Of a stretch of 64,000 nucleotides of DNA, positions 1 to 11,854 are shown one piece after another. This stretch comes from Octopus bimaculoides. Lineage: Eukaryota. Within the stretch, counting starts at the first letter, position 1. Each line of letters opens with the position of its first letter. The position numbers were made by a program, and so were the translations under genes. The notes under the pieces are model-generated. The model worked only from the letters and a program-made list of their open reading frames with translations. It was not told the DNA's origin and did not search any database. The DNA lies in contig NC_068988.1 in the NCBI RefSeq assembly GCF_001194135.2, positions 54,260,799 through 54,324,798 of the forward strand, in the 5' to 3' direction.

Positions 1-60
<60 letters not shown>

Positions 61-94
61 ATGTATATAAAGAAAGATAGACTGATAGATAGAC

Positions 95-126
<32 letters not shown>

Positions 127-168
127 GGATGGATGGATGGATGGATGGACGGACGGACGGACGGATAT
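1..168. repeat. Compound microsatellite (GT)n-(GTAT)n-(GATA)n-(GATG)n-(GACG)n
   Basis: Directly visible tandem units. Confidence 0.95.
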
Positions 169-304
169 ATATATCATTTCATATATTTATACATGTATAT
201 CGACACACATATTCATGTACACATTTATAAATATGTATTCTTTGTGTAGTGTACACATAGCCAGGCAAGGCAAGTTAATATAGCCAGCCTGGCCTTCCAC
301 TTAC

Positions 305-434
305 GTTCACAAGAGTCTTGAACATAGTACCCCGAACCAAAGAAACGGTCAGCAATTTCAGAGTCCTCCCACTGTCTATACACAGCCAGGCAGCACACTT
401 CTTTGTGATTACTCTACTCACTCGAAAACTAGTC
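305..434 (-). CDS. Candidate internal coding exon, unknown protein
   Basis: Minus acceptor gtatgcatctag|G and donor GAAC|gtaagt. 130 nt, one frame open end to end (TSFRVSRVITKKCAAW...KTLVN). Competing readings exist on both strands. Confidence 0.3.
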
Positions 435-689
435 CTAGATGCATACATGGACAAAATGGTTAGAACCGGATATAACACTACTTATCATAAATCTGTATTA
501 GATAAGCTCACTTCAGGTTAATCAACAGCAACATCAACATTATTTATAGCAAGAAGAGCTGGGCTATTGACAGTTATGTGTTTTGGGACAAAGACACGGA
601 GGAGCATTGATGTCAGGATACAAACTGCTGATCCATCAGTTAGTTGTCCAACTTCCTACTGACTCACCAAGTTTTGGTTTATATTGCTG

Positions 690-915
690 CTGGTGTGCTT
701 TAGTCCCAGGTCAACCCTAATCAAACAGGTCTATAATCAAATGCTTTCCAAAATGACCATCCCCTATGATTTACAACTGTTACCATCCTTTATTATTTTC
801 AGACATAGTATATCTGAGGCTACATCATTCAATGTATTTCCTTTAAGTCAATAAGGTGTGACTTGAGGGAGAATTAGTTGCTGTTTTTAGTAAACTGAGT
901 AACCACCTTGTACCT
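690..915 (-). mobile_element. Element E (SINE-like), decayed
   Basis: Family motifs ccccaggtcarccctgat and gagggagatttggytgctatttctag recur at 1270, 5490, 6030, 14010, 18535, 20160, 32770. Confidence 0.55.
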
Positions 916-1242
916 TTTGTCATTTGCTTGTTTCAGTCATTAGACTGTGGTCATGCTTCAAGGATTTTAATCAAACAAATCAACCTCAGTACTTTTTTTT
1001 TTTTTTTGTAACCTGATACTTATTCTATTTCTATCAATCTCTTCTGCAGAACTGCTAAAGTTAAGGGGACGTAAATATACAAACACTGGTTGTCAAGCAG
1101 TGGTGTAGAACGAACACTTCTGCTACAACCTTAGGCCAACTAAGGCTGTAGTAGAAGGCTCTTGCTCAAGGTACACACAGTGGGGCTGAACTACTTTGAA
1201 CCCTGTATTTGGGAAGCAAACTTCTTACCACACAGCCATGCC
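915..1242 (-). mobile_element. SINE-A (tRNA head, CORE-like centre)
   Basis: Reverse complement of the full-length copy at 18616-19026 (ttgtttcagtcatt...cacacagccatgcc). Confidence 0.8.
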
Positions 1243-1269
1243 AATACAAAAGCTTTCTTATTAACTTCA

Positions 1270-1450
1270 GTTGTTGTTTAACTCCAAATCAGCTCTGGCA
1301 AATAAAACCATTTATTGTCAAAGGTGTTCCATTTGCAACCATATCATTCCATCCCTTATCTAGACAGTAGTTTGTTTTTTTAAAGAACTAATTGCATTGT
1401 ACTTTTGGCAGAGTGTGACTTGAGTGAGATTTGGCTTCTCTTTATATTTC
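1270..1450 (-). mobile_element. Element E, decayed
   Basis: gttgttgtttaactcc start; gtgtgacttgagtgagatttggc end. Confidence 0.5.
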
Positions 1451-1649
1451 GCATATGTTGTGTGACAGGTTCTGTTTAACTTATGTTTTAAGATCACCTA
1501 ACCAGAACCAGTGATGTCCTTATTTGTCATTCGTTTGTGTACCTGATTGGAAATCTGGTTTGATATCCAATACCCTTTGCTTTTATTTTTCTTTGGCTAA
1601 TGATTTGATCATATATTGGCCATTTAAAATAATGTATATCATTGAAAAT

Positions 1650-2177
1650 GTTCAGCATATCAATCTCCTGGAAAGTGCTCAAAAATATGCAACCAGATGA
1701 ATACCCACTATCAGGCATCTACCATACTCTGAATGCCTTGCTTCCCTGGGGTTGGACACATTAAAGCTCCAACATTTGGCAACTGACTTGGTAGATGCCC
1801 ACAAGATTATCCACCACCTTTTGGGTACCTCTTTGAATTTCATATGCTTAACACTTGTGAACATACTTACAAAATCGAAAAAACAACACACCACCCGTGG
1901 CTTTTGGAAGCATATTTTCACACTTGGAAGTGCTGACACATGGAATAAACTACACACATCAGTTGTTAGCTGTTGGGTCTCTACATCCTTCAAAACTTCT
2001 ATGCTTTCTGAAATTTGCCAACACTACACCTGATGCTCCACCTGTTTTTTAAATGACTCTTTCACTATTCACTTCCAGTGCTTATTCTATGTGCTGTTCA
2101 TGCACTTTTAACTACTTTTTCTGATGAGTTATAGTGCATTTGAGCACTGTATACAATGAGTTCATTCTTATTATTAT
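1650..2177 (+). mobile_element. CR1/L2-clade LINE 3' fragment (post-RT C-terminus plus 3' UTR)
   Basis: Translates INLLESAQKYATR*IPTIRHLPYSECLASLGLDTLKLQHLATDLVDAHKII...WNKLHTSVVSC...SFKTSML, matching the CR1 pattern LE.VQRRAT...Y.ERL..L.L..L..RR...DL...WN.LP..VV...FK. Ends in an (ATT)-like tail. Confidence 0.8.
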
Positions 2178-2691
2178 GCGTAAAACGTTGGTTTGTTAAG
2201 AATGAGAGTCCCACCTCTCATTCACAGTAACTTTTACATAGTCTATTTTTACACCCATCCCATCAGGCTCTGCTGCAATTAAATGGGAAGCCTGAAAAGG
2301 TATCGAAAGTAATTATTTTTAGGAATGTGGCATAGGGAATCCCAAGACCCAGTTCTAAGTAACTTGACAGTCCTGATATGAAACAACACTTTAAAAACAA
2401 CAATAGAGTGACTATTCAATCATGTGTGTGTGTTTTAAATGACAAATATGGGTTTTACTATAACACAACTATTTACTTGATGGATGTAACAGGACCCCCA
2501 AATATTTACTTGCTCTTTCATCAGTTTTTTTGTTCTTGTTTTCCATCAACTTCTCATCAAGATGTAATTGAATTTCTTGATACTTCCTTCCTCAAGCATG
2601 TGACTAATGTTCTTCTAACTGCTGTTTGCCTGTTATTTATGTCAGCTTAGAAAACCTGAAGATATAGATCAACAATTATATCTTTTATTAT

Positions 2692-2924
2692 GTATCTTTT
2701 ACTTGCTTCAGTCATTGGACAGCAGCCATGCTGGGGTACTGCCTTGAAAGGTTTTAGTCAAAGAAATCAACCTTGGTACTTATGATTTTTTGTTTCTTCC
2801 ACAAATCTGGCACTTATTCTGTCAGTCTATTTTGCTGAACTGCTAAGTCACAGAGATATAAACAAACCAACACAGTTGTCAAGTGATGGGACACCCAAAC
2901 ACAGACACAAAAACCACACATGTA

Positions 2925-2971
<47 letters not shown>

Positions 2972-3130
2972 CGGGCTTCTTTCAGTTTCCATCTACCAAA
3001 TCCACTCATAGAACTTTGGTTGGCCCAAGGCCAGAGCACAAGTCACTTGCCCAAGGTGCCACACAGTGAACTGAACATGAAGCCATCTGATGGCACAGCC
3101 AGTTTCTCAACCATAGAGTTATGCCTGTGC
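2692..3130 (-). mobile_element. SINE-A with internal (TA)n
   Basis: Full head-to-tail match to 18616-19026. Confidence 0.85.
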
Positions 3131-3242
3131 CTATTTTTATTACATTATCATTAATTAATTTATTTATATATCTATTTATATATTGTCCATACATTTTATT
3201 TATTTACAAATATATTTATTTATATGTTTATTTATAATTAAT

Positions 3243-3535
3243 AGTTCATGGCCTAGTAGTTTCAATGTTGCACTCACCATTGCTTGATCATGGATTGATT
3301 CCTGGACTGGATGGTGTGTTGTGCTCTTGAGCAAAACACTTCATTTCACATTGCTCTGCAACCATTTCGACAATTGACGTGTGGCACACTCATGCACCTG
3401 TACAGGTAATATCAATTTGATGGAGGGAGTGAGCCAATGCACAGCACATACATTTGATCATTTTAAATAAATCATTAGTGCAGGTCACTCAGCAAACACT
3501 GAATACTTATACAATGTCTTCAAGAGGAGAATCTG
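3243..3535 (+). mobile_element. tRNA-derived SINE, head H2 with a unique tail
   Basis: A-box-like tggcctagtagtt, then gtgctcttgagcaaaacacttcatttcac (H2 motif). Confidence 0.6.
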
Positions 3536-3549
3536 CCATATAATATATA

Positions 3550-3598
<49 letters not shown>

Positions 3599-3664
3599 CT
3601 GATTTATATATTTATTTATATATCATACATTTATTTTATTTATTTATATAACCACTATCCAAAC

Positions 3665-3903
3665 ATGATCGATGCCAGGGCTGCCTGACTGGCTCCCGTG
3701 CTGGCGGCACGTAAAAAGCACCCACTACACTCTCAGAGTGGTTGGCGTTAGGAAGGGCATCAAGCTGTAGAAACATTGCCAGATCAGATCAGATCCTGGT
3801 GCAGCCTCCTGGCTTCCTAGACCTCAGTCAAACCGTCCAACCCATGCCAGCATGGAAAATGAACATTAAACGATGATGATGGTGATAAGGATGATGACGA
3901 TGA
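3665..3903 (+). mobile_element. RTE-type LINE 3' UTR with (GAT)n tail
   Basis: ggttggcgttaggaagggcatc...ccatgccagcatggaaa...aaacgatgatgat. The same tail follows RGRPRKT-type ORF ends at 52195 and 62135. Confidence 0.8.
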
Positions 3904-4171
3904 ACCAAAGACTATAATGAAAATGGTATTGGCGATTAGATTGATAACAGTATATAACTGGTATTTATTTCATTGTTTCTGAAGTGATATTAAAGAAGGT
4001 CAGTATCAATGAGGTTTGAACTTGGAGATACAAGACTAAATATTATAATGCATTTATTTAGTTACTTTACAGAGTCTACTGATACTCAACATTTCTATCT
4101 CTGCTCTACCATTTTTACTTACTCAATGTCCTTACACATCTTCTCTATTACAAATGACAATCATTGAGGAG

Positions 4172-4585
4172 CAGATTATCTTATAAAATCAATGAGATTA
4201 GTAATGGATTATACTACATTAAAGCCATTCAGTATGGAGTAGATTATCTGTTATTAAAAAGTCATTCGTTATATAAAGGATATTATTTGCTAGAGCTACT
4301 AAATATCAAGTCGATTATCTGTTATTAAAATCATTTGCTACAGAGACATTATACTTGTTATTAAAGCTACTGCTCAATATTGAATGGATTATCTATTATT
4401 AAAGCCATTTTAATATCTTAAGGATACATTACATCTATATAAAGGATATATCTATATACAGGATATATCTGATCTTAAATGTACTCAATATTGCTGAACT
4501 TGATTATCTGTTATGCATACATACTTATATATGAAATTAAATCTAGTCAATATTGGGTAGATTATTTACTCATTATAAGATCCTT
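4172..4585. repeat. Degenerate ~35-bp minisatellite
   Basis: Core gattatctgttattaaa(g)ccatt recurs near 4175, 4208, 4243, 4314, 4348, 4387, 4501, 4560. Confidence 0.6.
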
Positions 4586-4801
4586 TAACCAAAAGAAGAT
4601 TACCTTTAAGTTTACCAATTCACTTAAAAAAGAATATTGTTTGATATTATTCTATGAGCTTTCATTTTTTGCTTTCATTGCTGTCTCGTTTTTTATTGGC
4701 TTATTGCTGCTCTCTGTCCCCTCTTTTACCCTTGTCTGACATGTTGTTGCGCTCTTGAACATTGTATTTATAATAAGCTCATTATTATAATCATTATTGA
4801 A

Positions 4802-5030
4802 AGGTGGTGAGCTGGCAGAATTGTTAGCATGCTGGACGAAACACTTAGCAATATTTAACCCATCACTACGTTCTGAGTTCAAATTCCACCGAGGTTGACT
4901 TTACCTTTCATCCTTATTGGGTTGATAAATTAAGTACCAGTGAAATTCTGTGGTCAATATAATCAACTAGTCCCCTCCCCCAAAATTTCAGGCCTTGTGC
5001 CTACAGTAGAAAGGATTATTATTATTATTA
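4802..5030 (+). mobile_element. SINE-B with (ATT)n tail
   Basis: aggtggtgagctggcagaa...ttctgagttcaaattcc...ctttcatcc...aagtaccag...tagaaaggattatt. Confidence 0.85.
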
Positions 5031-5489
5031 AATTAGAGAAAGCATTAGAATAAAGAAGAGAAAAATGTTATAAATTACTTATCCAACACATTTTACAGAT
5101 GAAATCGTCAAGCCCATATACAGTTATTTTAATCTTGATGTATACCACCTCCTCTTGTATATCTGTGTATATTTCTATGATACGTGTACGTGTATTGGGA
5201 TGGGGTATTCATTTACACACACATACACACAAAGGCACACATATATACTCAATGCTTCGCAACATATGTATCCAGATATTGACAGATGTTTCTGTATACA
5301 AATCTATATATATTTATTTACAAACCTACATCATGTTTATATGCACACTGTCATGTGCCTCTATACAACCCACGTGCCCAGTCACTGTGATACACTGGTA
5401 GCTTGGTATGGTAGTGAGGGTGGTGGTGAGAGAGTACTAGACCCACCATTACTACTACCTATAATAATAATAATAACTACATCTACAAG

Positions 5490-5690
5490 TGAGCTGTGAA
5501 CCTCTTCATGTTTGCTGAGCTTGCTAGAAATAGCAGTCAAATTTTCCTCAAATCACACACTCTTGTCTTTGTCTTTCAAAAAGAAATAATATATGTATTA
5601 ACTAATGTACATATCCTTAAAAAGGCAGGATGGTCATAGCTGGAATGCCTTCGATCAAGTTTTATCTAGGGTTAAACAACAATAAACCTT
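5490..5690 (+). mobile_element. Element E
   Basis: ctagaaatagcagtcaaa...ggatggtcatagctggaatgcc...gggttaaacaacaa. Confidence 0.6.
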
Positions 5691-6029
5691 TAGCATTCAT
5701 ATTATTTTGTCAAATGTAATGCTTATTTATTCACATTGTTTTGAATTAATCATGCATTACCTCCTAACTTCAAGATTTCAATGATTGTTTATTCTTAGAA
5801 TGATATTGTAGGGTATGTGTGAGAGGCTTGATCTGGCTGGTTTGAATATAACGAGTAGGATATAACCAGTTTAAATGTCAAAGGGTTAAATAGATTTCGT
5901 GTTTGACTGATGTTTTATTTTATCAACCCTCTGGCTAGATAAAAAGCATAGTCAAGCCCTGGTGAGATTTGAACCCAAGACATACAGTAACATAATATGA
6001 CCATAACTACAAAGCATTCTGCTTATTGA

Positions 6030-6262
6030 TCTACAAGAAATAGCAGCCAAACTATTCTTTACCATCTTGAAAGGAAGGGATACATAATATAGACCATGAT
6101 ACACAATACCTGAAAGTAGGATGGCGTGGTCTTTGCTAGAATGCCATTAATCATAGGTTTGCTCTACGGGAGCTGACCTGGGGTTAAACAACAACAACGA
6201 CGACGATGATGACAATAACAACAACGACAACAGCGACAGCAACAACAACAAAAACAACAACA
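6030..6262 (+). mobile_element. Element E with expanded (AAC/GAC)n tail
   Basis: gaaatagcagccaaa...ctgacctggggttaaacaacaacaac. Confidence 0.65.
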
Positions 6263-6489
6263 ACCCATAAAATATTTCAAGAAAAGCTGATTTCGTTCAA
6301 ACAGCCAATAATTTGTTGAATGTTTCCTTTTCCTATATCTCAAGCATCTCTGACCTCTGACCTCCGACATCTGACACTTTTGATATGTATTATAATGTTT
6401 TCTTAATGCTTTTTTTTTCTGCTATTTTTAATAATTTCATTACTAAAAGAAATTTCCTTCCTGATAACACACACACACACACACACACA

Positions 6490-6520
<31 letters not shown>

Positions 6521-6704
6521 GCACGCACACACACTACAAGCACATATATGTGCATAGGCATTGCTCTGAGGTTCTAGGCTTGATCTTCCTACATGACACA
6601 AAGCTAGTGTCTTCTACTTGAATCTCAGATTAACAGTATCTTGAATATTTTATGAGTGAGTTAATAGACAAAAACTGTGTAGAAGTCCATATATATTATG
6701 TATG

Positions 6705-6740
<36 letters not shown>

Positions 6741-6916
6741 AATATATATTATCCAAACTGAAGTGTTAAGTATTATATATCCATCATGGCTAACCTTACC
6801 AATAGGTTTCGTGCTATGAGTACAATCTGATTATATAATCCTACATTCATCAGAGGTAGTCAACATGGAATGAAGTGCATCTTTTTTCCTGACTTACAGA
6901 TTTTTAGACAACTTAG

Positions 6917-7032
<116 letters not shown>

Positions 7033-7220
7033 TTATATCGAAAGAGAAGACTGGAAAATTATTTGGTATTATTGTATAATTTCTTGTTATTACTCTGCAA
7101 AACATATTTTCCGGTATTTTTAACTCCTATGCATACCCCACATAAATATAACAACTGCATATTGAATTGTAATGCTGAAATAAGTAGATGTGCTTCCAGA
7201 GGACACAGCTTGGATTCTAA

Positions 7221-7795
7221 CATCATCACCATCCATCTGTTTTTCTATGTCTGATGGGTTGAACTGGACATATCTGGTGCATCTCTACCCTTGCCACAAT
7301 CCCTCGTCAAATCCTGTGTGAGATCCAACCTCTTGACATCATTCATTTAGCATTCACCAATTCTGTTCATGTCTTCCGCAGTCTTCCTCTTCTACAGGCT
7401 CCATCCCTTTGGATTTCTTATTAATTCTTTATCCAAATGTCATCCATCACATAAATCCCATGTCCCATACCTGTACTGCCTCATCTCTTGCACACACCAC
7501 AACTGATTCTTCTTACAATCAGCTTTACTCTCAGCTCAACCGTACTCCATCATTCATGCACACTGACATTACACATCCAGTTAATCATGCTGGCCTCACT
7601 TCTTTCCACCCTTTGAATATCCTCTGAGTTCGATGCTTATGTTTCACTACCATATGACATAATACTTCATATGTGTGCATCATATAATCTTCTTTTCTTC
7701 TCATCAAGTGAGAATTCCTATGCTGCAAGTAGAATTAATAGCACCCTGTACGTTTTTACCCTGTGATTACTTGGTGTTCAACCACATGTTCTTCC
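7221..7795 (-). mobile_element. RTE-type LINE ORF C-terminal fragment, decayed
   Basis: Minus translation ERSEASMINWMCNVSVHE...ELRVKL resembles RTE E..MLRWMC.V...ELR..L. Tail remnant catcatcacc at 7221. Confidence 0.7.
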
Positions 7796-8212
7796 ATAAC
7801 GGTCAAGTATTATGAATATCAAACCAGAATACTCCATGTGCATGTGTGTACACGTGCATGTGTGTGTAGGTAAGTAGATAAATATGCTTGAAGGAATATA
7901 TGTATGCATGTATGTAAGTATGTATATATATATATATACACATATCTACTGATACACACGTCCACACACACACATACACACACAAATGTGGAGCTGAGAG
8001 AGAAAGACAGTTTTACATATTTATGTGTGTCCATTTCCATGCCTTCATGTTTCTGTGTAAGAATGTAGGTAAATGGCTGTTCTCCATGTTTCCAAATGTA
8101 CATGAACATTTACGAGGTATTGGTTAATCCTGTAATTGATCACCAGTTTTCATGGTGATACAATTTTAAGACATCCATCAATATACAGGATATTGATAAT
8201 TGAGAGTTTATA

Positions 8213-8700
8213 TTTGTGCCATCAATAAGGCAACAAGCTGGCAGAAATGTTACTATACTATAAGGCGGTGAACTGGCTGAAACGTTAGCACGCCGGGCGA
8301 AATGCTTAGCTGTATTTCGTCTGCCATTACGTTCTGAGTTCAAATTCTACCGAGGTTGACTTTGCCTTTCATTCTTTTGGGATCGATTAAATAAGTACCA
8401 GTTACGCACTGGGGTTGATATAATCGACTTAATCCCTTTGTCTGTTCATGTTTGTCCCCTCTATGTTTAGCCCCCTGTGGGCAATAAAGAAATAAAAAGC
8501 GTTAGCACGCCGGGCGAAATGCTTAGTGACATTCCATCCATCTTTCTGCTCAGAGTTCACATTCCACTGAGGTCAACTTTGCTTCTCATCCTTTCAGAGT
8601 CAATGAAATAAGTATGAGTTGAGCACTGGGGCTGATGTAATTGGCCTAGCCCCACCCCTGAAATTGCTGACCTTGTGCCAAAATTCGAAAGCAATATATT
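8213..8700 (+). mobile_element. Young SINE-B (8263-8495) nested in the head of an older SINE-B
   Basis: Host aaggcaacaagctggcagaaatgtta resumes as gttagcacgccgggcgaaatgc at about 8500. The insert retains many CpGs. Confidence 0.8.
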
Positions 8701-8794
8701 GCTTTCGAATTTTGGCACATATACACATGTATAAACTCACACACACATGTACGGGGTGATCCAGATATATAATATATATATTGATGTACGACTT

Positions 8795-9039
8795 CTTGTC
8801 GTCACTGTTATATCTGAACTGTTATAATATTAAACGTTCCTGATGTTCTCTTAATACTCTCCAACTGTGTATCTTCAACAAACACTCCATGATATCTTTA
8901 TTTAATAATTCCTACAACCTGTACACTATATGACTGCGCATATGACACTCTTCTCAGACTGTTCTACACATGCTCATTTATACTAACTAGTATAGTTCAC
9001 TTAGCCAATCGCGAGGATGTACAGATTCCCCATACAACA
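8795..9039 (-). mobile_element. Probable LTR (234 bp, 8806-9039) followed by a PBS-like stub
   Basis: Minus strand reads TGTTGTAT...ATATAACA (terminal inverted match 7/8), with internal ATTGG, TATAAAT and AATAAA in order, followed by gtgacgacaag. Confidence 0.55.
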
Positions 9040-9050
9040 TATATATAATT

Positions 9051-9430
9051 CATCTTTTACTTGTTTCAGCCACTAGACTGTGGCTATGCTGGGGCACGAC
9101 CTCGAAGGGTTTAGTTAAATAAATTGAGCCCAGTAACACTGGGGGTCAATACTTTTAAGCTTGGTACTTGTTCTATCAATCTCTTTTAACTGAACTGCTA
9201 AGTAAAGGGTAATGCAAACAAACCAACAATGCTTTTCAAGCAATGGTTTTCAAAGCCACAAATATATAGATGATGGACTTCTTTCAGTTTCCATCTACCA
9301 AATCCATTTACAAGGCTTTGGTAAGCCCAGGGCTACTGTAGAACACACCGGGCAAAGGTACCCTGAAGTGAGACTGTACCTGGCTCTGTGTGGTTGGGAA
9401 ACAAACTTACCACACAGCCATGCCTGTGCC
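9051..9430 (-). mobile_element. SINE-A
   Basis: Matches family A. Confidence 0.8.
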
Positions 9431-9434
9431 TATA

Positions 9435-9496
<62 letters not shown>

Positions 9497-9499
<3 letters not shown>

Positions 9500-9603
9500 T
9501 TGGAGCCTGGTGTTGCCATCCGGTTTCACCAGTCCTCAGTCAAATCGTCCAACCCATGCTAGCATGGAAAGCGGACGTTAAACGATGATGATGATGATGA
9601 TGA
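9497..9603 (+). mobile_element. RTE 3' tail, young subfamily
   Basis: Identical by eye to about 48127-48229. Confidence 0.85.
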
Positions 9604-10244
9604 TATATATATATGAGGCAATCCAATTTACTAGCAAATCCTTGTTGACAGCATTCAGCATTTTGACTTACTTTCAAACTTTCAAGCTGCCTATTCCATC
9701 TGTCTCTTCTATCATAATTACACCACCTATCACCTCCACACCCAACCATCTAGATTAGCTGGCTCAATCCCAAAAAAACTACTCACCACCAGAATTTGCT
9801 TTTGCTTTTCATAACAAGCTACCTACACTTTCCCTCCTGGGACCATGCACTAAACAGTGTGCAATCTGTTCTCTTCTTTCTATTTTCCTCTTTATCATCC
9901 TTCTTGCCTGTACCTTCCTTACACTAATAAAGTAAAAGTAAATATTTTAACCTCACACATCGTCTTCCTCCCCCACCAGAATGTTTCCTCTCTGAAGGTT
10001 TCTACATACAACTTTTTTCTCCAGTGTATGTAACCTCTTTACTGCACATGCATTCAAGTTGGTTACTAAACCTCTGTTGTACATGTAGCTGGATATAGAG
10101 CCATATTGTCAGTGCCTCTATCATGGCCCAATTCCATGGGATAGTATGAACTTAGCTGTGTAAGATACAAAACTCTCATCAGATTTACAGTGCTGCCACT
10201 GTCTACATTGATGAGTCATTCCACCTTGTGCTGTCTATTTACAG

Positions 10245-10505
10245 CTGTGGTTCTCAACCAGGGTCCATAAAGGACTTTCAGGGGTCCACGCAAAAAAATT
10301 TGCTTTGGATGTAGTTAATGCAAGAAACGGCTAATGTTTTACATAGTTCAACCTATACAAATTAATGTGTGGAAAAAAAAAAAAAGAAATTTGAAAGAAG
10401 AATCTATAAAAATAAATTTCAAACATTGAATGGCTATGGGGGTCCACCAGACTAGAATAGTAATCAAAGGGCTCTATACATAAAAAAAATGATTGAGAAC
10501 CACTG
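10245..10505 (+). mobile_element. hAT-type MITE family 2
   Basis: TIRs ctgtggttctcaacc / gattgagaaccactg. Internal sequence shared with 55590-55918. Confidence 0.75.
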
Positions 10506-10639
10506 ATTATGGCTTTGAAGGAATGGTAATTGAATGAGATTTAAATGTCTTAGTAGTTATACACACAGAGCTGCTGTTCTTGTGATAGAATGGACATTAT
10601 TATCTCTTTACTGGTTAATTGGTTTCACAATTATATTAT

Positions 10640-11008
10640 ATCTTTTATCTTTTATTTGTTTTATTCATTGTACTGCAGCCATACAGTGTCATTGCCTTGT
10701 AGAGTTTAGTTGAACAAATCAACCCCAATACTTATTATCTGAAGTCAGGAACTTATTCTATTGGTCTCTTTTACAAGGATATAAACAAACCAACACCATT
10801 TGTCAAGCAGCTGGAGTGTGTAGGAGCAACACAAAAACCAAGAAATACGCACATATTTACATATATACATCAGGCTTCCACACAGTTTCTATCTACTAAA
10901 TTCGCTTACAAGGCACAGTAGAAGACACTTGTCCAAGGTGTTGTGTAGTGGTACTGAACTCAAAACCACACGGTTGCAAAGCAAGCTTACCACACAGACA
11001 TGCCTGCG
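10640..11008 (-). mobile_element. SINE-A
   Basis: Matches family A. Confidence 0.75.
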
Positions 11009-11777
11009 TCTATATTATGCTTTTATCTAAAAAGTGGTTTAGCCAGAGGTAGAAAGGCAGCCTCCACAACTCTGAGAATATTTGGTAGAAGAGAGAATGT
11101 TATTCTCAGACAAGATAAATGGCTTAAATGCTTACAACCAAGTAACCTTCACAAAAGGCACTCAGTGGTCTGGTGGTATTGTTTAAACTGAGCAACAGAT
11201 TGACTCTATCACATAAGTTATCTTGGGTGACACCCTAGCACTTAAATCTTATCTTAATCTTACTTACTTAGAATCATCATCGAACATTCCAAACACTTAT
11301 TACTCACTCACACTTAAGCTGCTTCTTCCTTTATTCTCTGCTACCATTATTTTATCAACTTCTTCTCTCCTGAAATCTGGCATACTTCCTCCTACTTAAA
11401 ATAACCCAACTCACCCACTTCTGTTGTTTTTGTCATCTATATAATATCTCATATTACATTACACATCCATCACCTCCTATTAAACAAGTTTCTCTATGCT
11501 TTACCTCAAGACAACTATATCCTTCAGTAAACCCATACTTGTTCACATCAGCATTTCAGACTAAGCAGAAATAACCACCATCAACCTCCTATAATAGTAG
11601 TACCACCCTATCTATTTAGGAGAGACCCCATGGAGCCTTTGCGGTAGATTCTGCTTTCTCTTTCTCCCCTCAGACTAATTAATGAAATCTTTTTCCAGGT
11701 GTTGTATTTTTTTAAATAAACATCTTCATTAGACTCTCAATGTATTTAAACTTCCTTCAAACAAAGTTTGATGTCTC

Positions 11778-11793
11778 TTTATTATCATTATTA

Positions 11794-11852
<59 letters not shown>

Positions 11853-11854
11853 TT
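11778..11854. repeat. (TTA)n array at the 3' end of the R4-type element
   Basis: Visible array. Confidence 0.95.

Noticed and set aside
265-281. 16-mer gcaaggcaagttaata also present, inverted, near 49616
   Set aside because: One such match is roughly expected by chance in 64 kb; the flanks do not extend.
1540-1668. Minus-strand exon EIDMLNIFNDIHYFKWPIYDQ...
   Set aside because: The acceptor lies inside the antisense CR1 fragment and the donor (gtacac) is weak.
2480-2660. KYLGV motif suggesting an RT thumb on the minus strand
   Set aside because: Isolated 5-aa match with stops on both sides.
11190-11700. Decayed L2/CR1 RT region (LKSGILP..., Q.GFR-like)
   Set aside because: Motifs too degraded to support by eye.
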